A stretch of 64,000 bases of DNA from positions 1,569-65,568 of the forward strand of contig JAMJTX010000134.1 in the NCBI GenBank assembly GCA_024281215.1, written 5' to 3'. The position numbers were made by a program, and so were the translations under genes. Shown here one piece after another: positions 28,792-38,624 of this stretch (its first letter is position 1; each line of letters begins with the position of its first letter). Below the pieces are notes generated by a model, which worked only from the letters and a program-made list of their open reading frames with translations, was not told where the DNA came from and did not search any database. Source of the DNA: Candidatus Thiovulum karukerense (GTDB lineage Bacteria; Campylobacterota; Campylobacteria; Campylobacterales; Thiovulaceae).

Positions 28792-30579
28792 ATGATGTTG
28801 AGATATAAGTTAATACTACTATTTATATTTTCTATCCCTTTACTATCAAGTCAGATAGTTGAAGAGAGTGTTATTAAGTCACAAAAAGCGCTATTTATCC
28901 CTTTTGAAGAGGTTGGCACATCAAAAAGCACAGTTGTCGCACCAGTTTATGACTGCTCCAGAGCTTGTGAAGAGATAAATAGATGGAGTATTCCTCTTAA
29001 TAGTTATTATATATCTGAGTTTAAGAAGTCAATAGAGAGAGTGGAACTAGGAAATAGTTTCGACCTCATCACAAAAGAGGGAGATATATTTCTTTTGACT
29101 GGTAATGGTTTAGATTTTGGAGAGAAGAGTTCAAATGTTCCATTCTCATCTCGAAATCAGAACTTTAGTGCTATGGGTGTAGAAGTTGAGAGATATACAG
29201 GAACACCTCAATATCAGAAGCCACTCAAAACACTGCTTCAGAAGTCTCTCTTTTCCAGAATATCACTCAAGACAAACCTAAAACCGAGTTCCAGTTTTCA
29301 AAATAGAGTTTTATCGAAAAGCTACTTCTACTTTCTACACATTGACCACATAGATAGTGAGTTCCGAGTTATGAGAAGTCGTAAAGATGGTGGATTCTCA
29401 ATTAGTACAGATATAGATTTAGTTTTAAAGATGGCTCTTTATAGATATAACCCTGTTGCAGAGAAGTTTGTTCCTTTTGCTGATATTGAGGGAAGCTCTT
29501 TATCAATTGGAGCAACTAATGATCTACGAGAACTATACTCTATAAACTATTTTGATAGTAACTACACAACTTTTCCAACTCGTTTGGATGGTGAGCGAGA
29601 GTTTAAGAGTGCATTTCGAAAAAGTTTCCAAAAGGCTTTTAGTCAAATCAAAAATCAGATAGATGAGATTGATGAATTTAAAAGAGTTTCACCAGTGGTT
29701 GATATAAATGGAACTCTTCTACACTTTCAGAACATATCCAGAGATGATACTATTCGAGTAAATAGCCCAATCGAGTTTTATGATACAGATAATAATAAGA
29801 GTCGCATCGAGACTCTCCGAGGCTGGGGACGAGTTGTTTCAAATGGTGTGTTATCTGATAGAAATCGTACAACTTATGGAGAGGTTAAAGTTATTGATAA
29901 CTTTGGAATTAAACCTTACAGCTATACACTATTACCAGAGTATAACGGTTATCGATTTGGATTTAAGTCTGCTATTGAGTTTGGTGGAATTGAGTATGAT
30001 GAGGTGGATATTATCAGCTCAACTTCATATTTTTTTGCTGGAGGTGTTGAGTTAGATTTAGGCTATATATTTAATTCAAAATTTTTCTCAGATCTATGGC
30101 TCAACTTCTCTCTCTTTACCGCATATCAATCTATGGAGGCTGATAATCTCTCTATTCCCCTATCGTCAATTGAGCAGAAATATCTATATGGGTACGATCT
30201 GGAGTTTGAGTATCGATACTATCTTAAAAGTTATCCACCGTTCTATTTAAATGCTCTTTTAGGGTTTAGTGACAGAAGTGGTCAATATGGAGTTGAGTGG
30301 TTTAACGAGGTTAATGGAGTGCGGAGCTACGGAAATGGTGATCTTCAGATAGATTCTGCAAATTTGCAATATGGATTTGGAGTTGGATATTCTATCTCTC
30401 ACTCTTTCGATCTATACCTCCAGTATAGCCGTTACAACACTGTTGAGAACATTAGTAGAATAGAAGTTGATAAAAGAGAAGTTCAACTACAACAGATTGA
30501 TGGTGATAAGTTTGGATATGGAAGTTCATCTTCAATTTCGTTTGGAGCTAAACTCCACTACAATTCGCTCTTTCAATAA
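28792..30579 (+). CDS. Hypothetical secreted/outer-membrane protein
   Basis: Signal peptide. C-terminal alternating aromatic/Gly strands suggest a beta-barrel. Confidence 0.6.
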   Translation: MMLRYKLILLFIFSIPLLSSQIVEESVIKSQKALFIPFEEVGTSKSTVVAPVYDCSRACEEINRWSIPLNSYYISEFKKSIERVELGNSFDLITKEGDIFLLTGNGLDFGEKSSNVPFSSRNQNFSAMGVEVERYTGTPQYQKPLKTLLQKSLFSRISLKTNLKPSSSFQNRVLSKSYFYFLHIDHIDSEFRVMRSRKDGGFSISTDIDLVLKMALYRYNPVAEKFVPFADIEGSSLSIGATNDLRELYSINYFDSNYTTFPTRLDGEREFKSAFRKSFQKAFSQIKNQIDEIDEFKRVSPVVDINGTLLHFQNISRDDTIRVNSPIEFYDTDNNKSRIETLRGWGRVVSNGVLSDRNRTTYGEVKVIDNFGIKPYSYTLLPEYNGYRFGFKSAIEFGGIEYDEVDIISSTSYFFAGGVELDLGYIFNSKFFSDLWLNFSLFTAYQSMEADNLSIPLSSIEQKYLYGYDLEFEYRYYLKSYPPFYLNALLGFSDRSGQYGVEWFNEVNGVRSYGNGDLQIDSANLQYGFGVGYSISHSFDLYLQYSRYNTVENISRIEVDKREVQLQQIDGDKFGYGSSSSISFGAKLHYNSLFQ

Positions 30580-30601
30580 ATAGAAGAAAGGGGAGTAGCT
30601 T

Positions 30602-33600
30602 TTGGAGATACCTTACCAGAAACTGTTTAATAAATCGGTTGAGAGAGTTATTCTCTCATCTATAATGTTTCAACCAGAATTTTTAGAGGACTTTATATCT
30701 GAAATTAAAGTTGATGACTTCTATGTCCCATTTCACAGGGATTTTTTTGATGCTGTTTTACGAGTTCATGAGAAAAAAGGGGTTATTACTGAGGAGCTTT
30801 TAAAACTTCAACTTGAAGAGAATGATAAGTTTAAAGAGGAGGAGTTTTTTAGTGTCTTCCTTGAACAGCCCGTTACAAAACTAGATTTTTATGTAAAAGA
30901 GCTAAAGAATAAAAGCACAAAACGGAGACTCCTATCTGTTGCAAAAGAGATTGAAGATGCTATTTTTGAGCAGGATACAGACTCTATCGAACTTCTTAAT
31001 TTTGTCGAGAGTGAGATATTTGCTATTGGGCAGGATAGTGCAACAGGTGGATTTAAGAATACTCCTGAGATTCTTGAAATTACAAAAGCATATATCGAAG
31101 AGATGCGAAACCGAGAGAATAAAACTCTCACAGGTGTTGATACAGGATTTACATCTCTTAATAAGATGACAACAGGTCTTAATGCCGGTGACTTGGTAAT
31201 TCTTGCAGCTAGGCCAGCGATGGGAAAATGTTTATCCTTGGGAACGAATGTTATAAAATATGATGGAAGTGTTGAGAAAGTAGAGAATATCAGAGAGGGA
31301 GATCTTCTGATGGGAGATGACTCAACTCCAAGAAAAGTTCTATCTCTTGCTCGTGGACGAGAGAAGATGTACTGGATTAGACAGAATAAAGGGATTGACT
31401 ATCGAGTGAATGAGTCTCATATTCTTTCACTTAAAAGAAGTAGAAACGAGGGGCGACATAAAAATGGAGATGTCCTAAACATCTCTGTAAAAGAATATAT
31501 TCAGAAGTCTGATAAATTTAAAAGTAACTATAAAGGGTATAAGGTTGCTGTTGAGTTTGAGGAGAAACCTATAACAGTTGAACCATACTTTTTAGGAGTT
31601 TGGCTTGGTGATGGTAGTTCAAGTTCGGTAACGGTTACAAATACAGATAAAGAAGTTGTCCAATTCTTATATAGTTATGCAGAAAGATTAAATTTACAAG
31701 TTCATAAATATAAAGGAAAAAATCGAACAGCAAACTTTAGTATTACGAATGGTAAGAAAGGTTCAAATAATTTTTCACTTCAAGCTCAGTTAAGAGACCT
31801 AAATCTGCTCAATAATAAACATATTCCACAAAACTATTTAACAAATAGTACAGAGATTCGACTTCAACTTCTTGCTGGTCTAATCGATTCTGATGGTCAT
31901 TATGATAGACAGGCGAATGGTTATGAGATAACTCAAAAGAGCGAGAGTTTGGCAAAGCAAATTAAACTTCTTTGTGACTCACTCGGTTTCCGAACATCTC
32001 TTAAAAGTAAAAAGGCAAAGATAAAATCTATCGGTTATGAGGGAACAGTTCATAGAGTGAGATTCTTTGGTGATATTGATAAGATACCTGTAAAAATTGA
32101 GAGAAAAAAAGCGAGAGCTTGGGGTATTAATCGCACTTGGAATCAGACTGGTATTAGAGTTGAAGAGGATATTGTAGATGACTACTACGGCTTTACACTA
32201 GACGGCAATAATCTATTTCTTCTTGAAGATATGACGGTTACTCACAACACAGCTTTTTCATTAAATATTGTCTATCAATCTCTTCAAAATGGTGATGGTG
32301 TGGCATTTTTCTCTCTTGAGATGCCAGTTGAGCAGTTGATGTTAAGACTTCTTAGTATTGACTCCCTTGTTGAGCTTCAGAAGTTAAGAACAGGCGATTT
32401 GAAAAACTCTGAATTAGCCAGATTGAATGAAGCGATGAAGAAGTTTGCCAACTATAAACTATTTATTGATGATGATGGTGGGGTAAATATTCATCAACTC
32501 AGAACAAAACTCCGAAAACTGAAAGCTAAAAATCCTGAACTTGGTTTAGCAGTTATTGACTATATTCAGATTATGAGTTCAAGTGGGTCAAAAGATAGAC
32601 AAGCTGAAGTTAGTGAAATAAGCCGAGGTCTAAAACTTCTAGCTCGTGAATTGAAAATACCTATTTTAGCTCTTTCTCAACTTAATAGATCTCTTGAGAG
32701 TCGAAATGATAAACGACCAATTATGAGTGACATTCGCGAAAGTGGTTGTTTAACGGGAGACTCACTTATTACTAATGGTGTCACTGGTAAAAGATATAGA
32801 ATCGATGATATTGTAGAGAACAGAGATAAACTACTTCCATTTAAAACAAAAGCAATGAGTGACAACTTAAAGATAGATAATTTTAGCATCACAAATGCTT
32901 TCTTTTCTGGAGTAAAAAAAGTCTATCAATTAACTACAAAATCTGGGAAAGTTATTAAGGCTACTGCAAATCATAAATTTTATAGAGTTGACGGTTGGTT
33001 TCCATTAGAAGAGTTAAGAGTTGGAGATAAGATAGCAACACCAGAAAATATGAATAGTGTAGGAGATAAAACTCTTCAAGATGATGAGGTTATTCTCTTA
33101 GCCCATCTATTAGGAGATGGCTCTATTCTTCCAAACCAGCCATATCATTATACAAGTCAAGATATGGAAAATATTGAAATTGTCCAACAGACAGTTCGAA
33201 GACTTTTTAATATTGAGGGCAACATCATTCAACAGAAGAGTTGGTGGCACATCTATCTAAAATCACCTTATCATTTAACACATAATGTGAAAAATCCTAT
33301 CACTCTATGGTTTGAAAAGCTCGGAATAGATAGAGTTCGCTCTTACGATAAAGAGATTCCAGAGATTGTATTTCAATTATTAGAAAAGCAAATAGCTCTC
33401 TTTTTACATCATCTTTGGGCTACTGATGGTTCAATCACTAGACAAAAAGGCAAAAACAATAGAAGCGATAAGATCCAAATCTATTATGCTTCAACTAGCT
33501 ATGTTTTATCTAAACAGGTTCAATCTTTACTTTTAAAGCTTGGAATTATTTCAACTATTAGAAAAAACAGACAGACCAAAAAAGGTAAAGAGTTCCGACC

Positions 33601-34381
33601 AATCTTTCATACATCAATTCAAGGAAAAGAGAATTTAGAGAAATTTCTTCTTAAGATTAACTCATTTGGAAAACGAGGAGAGCCAAAAGATGAATATCTT
33701 CAAATCTTAGCTCAAATTAAGGCAAATCCTAATAATGGTGTAATCGATAAGATTGTTTGGACAACAACTATTAAAGAAGCTAAGGATAGAGCTGGTATCT
33801 CTTGGCGAGATTTTGCAGGTAAGTTAAATATGTCATATGCTGGTAGCACTCTTTTTAAACATGGTATTTCTAAAAATAGAATGAAAAGAGTCGCTAAATT
33901 TTTAAGTGATAAAGATCTAGATAATTTAGCAAACTCTAATATCTATTGGGACGACATTAGCTCTATCGAAGAGCTAGGAGAAGAGAAAACTTATGATTTA
34001 ACTGTCGATTCAGTTCATAACTTTGTTGCAAATGATATTGTTGTCCATAATTCAATTGAACAAGATGCAGATATTATTATGTTTGTCTATCGAGATGATG
34101 TTTATAGATTAAAAGCTGAAAAAGAGAAAGAGAAAGAGGCTCAAGCTAAAGGTGAAAAGTATGTTTCACAAGCTGAAGAGAAGAGTGAAGAGTTGGCAGA
34201 GATTATTATTGGAAAACAGCGAAATGGTCCAACAGGTGTTGTAAAGCTAAATTTTATTAAACATCAAACCAGATTCGTTGATTTTGCAGATGAACATCAC
34301 ACTATTGATGAAGAGGTTCAACAGGCAACTCGAAGCAACCTTGACTCATTAAATAATGATGTGGATATGCCACCAATCTAA
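30602..34381 (+). CDS. dnaB: Replicative DNA helicase precursor with two inteins (484 aa after splicing)
   Basis: ARPAMGK|TAF, FSLEM, IDYIQ, LSQLNR, RESG|SIEQDAD, KQRNGP. Confidence 0.97.
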   Translation: MEIPYQKLFNKSVERVILSSIMFQPEFLEDFISEIKVDDFYVPFHRDFFDAVLRVHEKKGVITEELLKLQLEENDKFKEEEFFSVFLEQPVTKLDFYVKELKNKSTKRRLLSVAKEIEDAIFEQDTDSIELLNFVESEIFAIGQDSATGGFKNTPEILEITKAYIEEMRNRENKTLTGVDTGFTSLNKMTTGLNAGDLVILAARPAMGKCLSLGTNVIKYDGSVEKVENIREGDLLMGDDSTPRKVLSLARGREKMYWIRQNKGIDYRVNESHILSLKRSRNEGRHKNGDVLNISVKEYIQKSDKFKSNYKGYKVAVEFEEKPITVEPYFLGVWLGDGSSSSVTVTNTDKEVVQFLYSYAERLNLQVHKYKGKNRTANFSITNGKKGSNNFSLQAQLRDLNLLNNKHIPQNYLTNSTEIRLQLLAGLIDSDGHYDRQANGYEITQKSESLAKQIKLLCDSLGFRTSLKSKKAKIKSIGYEGTVHRVRFFGDIDKIPVKIERKKARAWGINRTWNQTGIRVEEDIVDDYYGFTLDGNNLFLLEDMTVTHNTAFSLNIVYQSLQNGDGVAFFSLEMPVEQLMLRLLSIDSLVELQKLRTGDLKNSELARLNEAMKKFANYKLFIDDDGGVNIHQLRTKLRKLKAKNPELGLAVIDYIQIMSSSGSKDRQAEVSEISRGLKLLARELKIPILALSQLNRSLESRNDKRPIMSDIRESGCLTGDSLITNGVTGKRYRIDDIVENRDKLLPFKTKAMSDNLKIDNFSITNAFFSGVKKVYQLTTKSGKVIKATANHKFYRVDGWFPLEELRVGDKIATPENMNSVGDKTLQDDEVILLAHLLGDGSILPNQPYHYTSQDMENIEIVQQTVRRLFNIEGNIIQQKSWWHIYLKSPYHLTHNVKNPITLWFEKLGIDRVRSYDKEIPEIVFQLLEKQIALFLHHLWATDGSITRQKGKNNRSDKIQIYYASTSYVLSKQVQSLLLKLGIISTIRKNRQTKKGKEFRPIFHTSIQGKENLEKFLLKINSFGKRGEPKDEYLQILAQIKANPNNGVIDKIVWTTTIKEAKDRAGISWRDFAGKLNMSYAGSTLFKHGISKNRMKRVAKFLSDKDLDNLANSNIYWDDISSIEELGEEKTYDLTVDSVHNFVANDIVVHNSIEQDADIIMFVYRDDVYRLKAEKEKEKEAQAKGEKYVSQAEEKSEELAEIIIGKQRNGPTGVVKLNFIKHQTRFVDFADEHHTIDEEVQQATRSNLDSLNNDVDMPPI
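31229..32248 (+). mobile_element. Intein 1 (340 aa) in the DnaB Walker A loop, with LAGLIDADG endonuclease
   Basis: Starts at Cys (CLSLGT), ends THN followed by Thr. LGVWLGDG and LAGLIDSDG blocks. Confidence 0.95.
32747..34051 (+). mobile_element. Intein 2 (435 aa) at the RESG|SIEQ site, with LAGLIDADG endonuclease
   Basis: Starts CLTGDS, has ATANHKF block B, ends VHN followed by Ser. LAHLLGDG and LHHLWATDG blocks. Confidence 0.95.
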
Positions 34382-34423
34382 GCACCTCTTCTAATATTTG
34401 GATATTGGACGAAGCGACTAATT

Positions 34424-34493
34424 AGAGAGATTATGGTCAAGCTCGAATATGACAAAACAGTGTTATTGTCGTGCTTGATACATCAATCTCTCT
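34424..34493. repeat. REP-like palindromic intergenic repeat, copy B
   Basis: Homologous to 25251-25332. Terminal AGAGAGATT/AATCTCTCT. Confidence 0.7.
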
Positions 34494-34607
34494 TCTTAAG
34501 CAGTTTGGAGCTTTAGGCTACTAGAATATATGTTTTCACCAAATTGACTTATAAACTCTTTTACTATAAAATACATCGACTAAACTTATTTTAAAGGAAT
34601 ATGTTAA

Positions 34608-36383
34608 ATGGGTAATAGAGTTTTAAAAACAGGACTTTTAAGTTTAACAGCTGCTAGTTTATTAACTACTGGTGCATTCGCTTTTACTGTTAGTGGTACA
34701 GATAATGCTATTAGTGGAAGTGCTTTCAAAAAACTTGGTGGAAGATTAGATGTTGCAAAAATTACAGTTCAAACAGATTATATTTTTGAGATTACAAACC
34801 TTGAAGTAAATGTAACTCAAGATGTTAATGATACAGAAAGCTACCTCCAAACTGTTAAACTTTTTGGCGAAAGTTTAAATGAGGAGAACAAAATTGCTGA
34901 GAAGACAATCACTTTAGCTCCAAAAGATGAAAATGCAACTACAAAAGATGCAAATGTTGTATTTACAGCTAGTGATTTCTCAAATGCTAATTCTAATTTC
35001 TTAACATTTGAAGCTGGTAAAAACTTATATGTTGCTCTCCAATATGGTGCTATTAATAGTGCAACAGGTAAAGATAGTACAATAACAGTTAAAGCTGGTA
35101 ACTTAAAAGTTGTAGCAACAGATGATGAAAATAATACAGGTGACTCTAACATCACTTTTGCTTCTAGAAGCTTTACAATTGATAGAACTGCTCCAACTCT
35201 TCAATCAATTTCATCTGCACTATCAACAGGATTCAACACCCCTACTGTTACACTTAAATTTAGTGAGCCTGTAAAAATAAATGGTGGAACAACAGCTGCA
35301 AAAGATGGTAAGGCTGATGCTATCTCAGTTACATCGCATACAGTAAGCACTACTGATACTAATGCTACTACTATTACACTTGGTAGTGAGCTTAACTCAA
35401 CTCTATCTGGTGATGTTTATGTATCTTACACAGACAATCAAATTACAGATATTTTTGGAAACTTAGCTGTACTTGATAGAAATGTATCTGTTAGCTATTA
35501 TGATTCTAAAAACAATAAATCAAGTAGCCGACACGAAGTTGTAGCTCTCGCAACTGGTGTAAAAGCATATGATGATAACACATCAGCAACAATTGAAGCT
35601 GTGCATGTTGATTTTGATACAAAATCAAGCGGATATGTGCTTTTCACAGAAGAGGTTAAGACTCCTGCTCTATGGAACATCAAAAATAACAATGGTGCAA
35701 CTTTAACTTTTGGAACAGCTGAAGAGTCTAGTAACAAAACAAAAGTACCATTTACTATTACAAGTGGTTCTATTACAGATTTAGATTTATATTTTAAAGA
35801 TGGTAATAGTACAACATCTGTTATAGATTATGGTGAGAATAACTCAACTTCTTCAGAGGGTAACTATACTCCAAAACACATTACAACTCTTTCAATCAAA
35901 GAGGGTTGGAACTTAATCGCTCTCAACTCACAAACAAGAACAACATCTGAAAGAGTCATTAAAAGTGGTGCTGTTGAGATGATCTGGGGTTATGACAACG
36001 ATAACGGAAAGTGGAATAGATTCCCTCAAGACATTAAAGCTGGTCACGGTTACTGGGTAAAAGGTAATAAAAACTTTGCAGAGTTCAATAACTCAAAAAT
36101 TGAGTATGCAGACTTAAATGATGAGACTGCGAAAGCTTATGATGTTAATAACTCAACAGTAATTAAAAATGCTGGTAAAACAGGTTGGGCATTAGTTGGA
36201 ACAAAAGAGACTAACTTAACTTGGGCAGAAGCTTACTCACAAGTTGCTGATGGTTGTTACGGAGTATCTGTATATGCTTATGACAACGGCAACGGTTGGA
36301 ATAGTTCTGCAACAGGAATTCCTGCTAACTCTGGTGTATGGGTTAAACAAGACTGTGACAACGAGTACAATATCGGTCAATAG
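34608..36383 (+). CDS. Secreted S-layer-like protein with C-terminal tandem GWxL/Trp module
   Basis: AFA signal peptide. Thr/Ser/Asn-rich beta-strand body with an Ig-like D..AP..LKFSEPV segment. 15 D/E-X-N-X-S/T sequons. Confidence 0.65.
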   Translation: MGNRVLKTGLLSLTAASLLTTGAFAFTVSGTDNAISGSAFKKLGGRLDVAKITVQTDYIFEITNLEVNVTQDVNDTESYLQTVKLFGESLNEENKIAEKTITLAPKDENATTKDANVVFTASDFSNANSNFLTFEAGKNLYVALQYGAINSATGKDSTITVKAGNLKVVATDDENNTGDSNITFASRSFTIDRTAPTLQSISSALSTGFNTPTVTLKFSEPVKINGGTTAAKDGKADAISVTSHTVSTTDTNATTITLGSELNSTLSGDVYVSYTDNQITDIFGNLAVLDRNVSVSYYDSKNNKSSSRHEVVALATGVKAYDDNTSATIEAVHVDFDTKSSGYVLFTEEVKTPALWNIKNNNGATLTFGTAEESSNKTKVPFTITSGSITDLDLYFKDGNSTTSVIDYGENNSTSSEGNYTPKHITTLSIKEGWNLIALNSQTRTTSERVIKSGAVEMIWGYDNDNGKWNRFPQDIKAGHGYWVKGNKNFAEFNNSKIEYADLNDETAKAYDVNNSTVIKNAGKTGWALVGTKETNLTWAEAYSQVADGCYGVSVYAYDNGNGWNSSATGIPANSGVWVKQDCDNEYNIGQ

Positions 36384-36399
36384 TTTTAAATAAACTTTT

Positions 36400-36457
36400 G
36401 GAGGGGAGATGAGCTTTAACCCTCCGATCTCCTCCCCGCCTCTAAACTCTTAGAGGC
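36400..36457 (+). terminator. Double hairpin between S-layer-like gene and lipoprotein gene
   Basis: GGAGGGGAGAT/ATCTCCTCC and GCCTCTAA/TTAGAGGC. Confidence 0.5.
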
Positions 36458-36490
36458 AAAAAGACCTCTTTATATTAAAGGAAATTTCAG

Positions 36491-38581
36491 ATGAAAACAT
36501 TCTATTCGCTACTGATGATTTTAGCGATCTCATTTTTTGCCACTGGTTGTAGTAGTTCTAGTGATGAACCAACAACAGCAGTAGCAACAGATGATAACAC
36601 CTCAACAGGTGGTGAAAATAACACTACAACTTGTGAGGCTGATCAAACACTAGTTGATGGTGTATGTGTTGATAATGAACCAGCTCCAACTTGTGAGGCA
36701 AATCAAACACTAGTTGATGGTGTATGTGTTGATAATGAACCAGCTCCAACTTGTGAGGCAAATCAAACACTAGTTGATGGTGTATGTGTTGATAATGAAC
36801 CAGCTTCAACTTGTGAAGCTGACCAAACACTAGTTGATGGTGTATGTGTTGATAACGAACCAGCTCCAGCTTGTGATGAAAACAGCACAATTGAGAATGG
36901 TGAGTGTGTTGATGGTGAAATCCAATGTAATGCTGATTATCTATTAACTGATGGTCAATGTACAATCGATCCAGCTATTGAGTGTAATGATGGCGACACT
37001 ATCTCTCATGGTAGTTGTGAAGATAGAAAAGTAGTATGTTACGAAAACTTCAGTAAAGATGCTGAGGGTAACTGTGTTGCTGATACTTTAGCTTGTGCTT
37101 TCAATGAAGTTCAAGTTGTTGAAGAAGAGACAAATGAGTGTGTTGAGCCAGAGAATCAAGATATCACTTCAGGAACAGCAAGAGATGGTTTAATCTCTGG
37201 TGCTACTGTTACAGCTTGTAAAGTTGTAAATGGTGAGAAGAGTGAAGCTAATGCAACTTGTACTGATACTAACTCATCTGGTGAATTCCAGTGTGCAGTA
37301 AGAGAGAGTAGTGATAGTTACGAATATCTTATATTTAAAGTTGTAAGTGGAACAGATATTGGTGAAAATGTTGCCGATACTAGAGACGACAGACCAAATG
37401 TTGATACTCTAAAATCTGTTTTAAGTAGCAGTGATGTTGTTGCTAATAAAAAAGCTTTTGTATCTCCAGCTACAACTCTTATAGTTCTAAATGCTTCAAA
37501 TAACGGATATGATATCGGGAGTGCAAAGAAAGATATTGCAGATGCTCTAAATGTCTCTGAAGATGATATGTTTGATGAAACAGCTGGTATAAAAGCTGGA
37601 ACTATTGTTGCAAATATTATTGATGCACTAGGTAGTGTTGATAGAGCTAATGCATTTACTATCCTATCTACTAAAACAGCTATTTATGATGAAAATGGTG
37701 TTGTTAATGGACTTTTAACTGAGTTAAATCCGTCAATTACAGCAGAAAGTGTTGTATCTGCTCTTATTAAAGAGAGTGTTGATACTCCATCAGAAAATAG
37801 TGAAACTATTATTGACCTTATTGCAGATAGAGTTGATGCTAACAAAACTGTTTCTGAAACTGTTGTAGCTAATATTAAAACTGTTGTTGAAGCTGATATC
37901 ACAGATAAGACAAATACAGCTCTTTTAGATGTTGTTGCAGAAGTAACAGATCTTAACATTACAAAAATAGATAAAGTCAAAGAGATTCTTGATGCAACAA
38001 CTGATGATACAGCTGCTTCTGAGAAAATCAAAGAGGAGTGGAGTAATATCCTCTCTATAACAGTTGATGATATTAAGAGTGCAATTGGCGAGGATACAAC
38101 TCCAACTTGTGAAGCTAATCAAACTTTAGTTGATGGTGTATGTGTTGATAACAATGTCACTGAAGATAATGCAACAACGGTATGTGATGAGAACAGCACA
38201 ATTGAGAATGGTCAATGTATTGATGGCAATATCACTTGTGACAGCGGGTTCTCTCTAAATAGCGATAACAATGTGTGTGTTCAAGATGATGAGCCAGAGA
38301 CACCAACAATCACTTGTCCAACTGGTGAGACTCTAGTTAATGGTCAATGTATTGTAGTTCAGAAAGATGAAGTCTCTTCACCTGAGGATGTTCCAGCTCT
38401 TCCAACAGATAGAGCATTTGTAGTTGTGCCAGATAGTTTTCCATCTATTCCAAGTGATAGTGATTACAACTCAACAGATAGTTTAGATACGAATCCTACA
38501 ACTCCTGCTGATAATAGCTATCCTTCTCCAGTCTCAATTAGTGGTGAAAATAACAGCACTACACCTTATAGTGTAAATTAA
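36491..38581 (+). CDS. Cys-rich repeat lipoprotein
   Basis: ATGC lipobox. C-x10-C repeats. DGLISGATV..VSPATTL central domain. 16 D/E-X-N-X-S/T sequons. Confidence 0.75.
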   Translation: MKTFYSLLMILAISFFATGCSSSSDEPTTAVATDDNTSTGGENNTTTCEADQTLVDGVCVDNEPAPTCEANQTLVDGVCVDNEPAPTCEANQTLVDGVCVDNEPASTCEADQTLVDGVCVDNEPAPACDENSTIENGECVDGEIQCNADYLLTDGQCTIDPAIECNDGDTISHGSCEDRKVVCYENFSKDAEGNCVADTLACAFNEVQVVEEETNECVEPENQDITSGTARDGLISGATVTACKVVNGEKSEANATCTDTNSSGEFQCAVRESSDSYEYLIFKVVSGTDIGENVADTRDDRPNVDTLKSVLSSSDVVANKKAFVSPATTLIVLNASNNGYDIGSAKKDIADALNVSEDDMFDETAGIKAGTIVANIIDALGSVDRANAFTILSTKTAIYDENGVVNGLLTELNPSITAESVVSALIKESVDTPSENSETIIDLIADRVDANKTVSETVVANIKTVVEADITDKTNTALLDVVAEVTDLNITKIDKVKEILDATTDDTAASEKIKEEWSNILSITVDDIKSAIGEDTTPTCEANQTLVDGVCVDNNVTEDNATTVCDENSTIENGQCIDGNITCDSGFSLNSDNNVCVQDDEPETPTITCPTGETLVNGQCIVVQKDEVSSPEDVPALPTDRAFVVVPDSFPSIPSDSDYNSTDSLDTNPTTPADNSYPSPVSISGENNSTTPYSVN
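36629..36868 (+). repeat. 4 x 60-bp coding tandem repeat (TCEA[N/D]QTLVDGVCVDNEPA[P/S])
   Basis: Near-identical units. A dispersed partial copy starts at about 38105. Confidence 0.95.
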
Positions 38582-38624
38582 TTTTCTACCTACTCTCCCC
38601 CCATTTGGGGGTAGTCTATAAACA

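Noticed and set aside
36624..36965. His-rich antisense ORF, or CRISPR-like 60-bp repeats
   Set aside because: Shadow of the coding repeat. No spacers and no cas genes.
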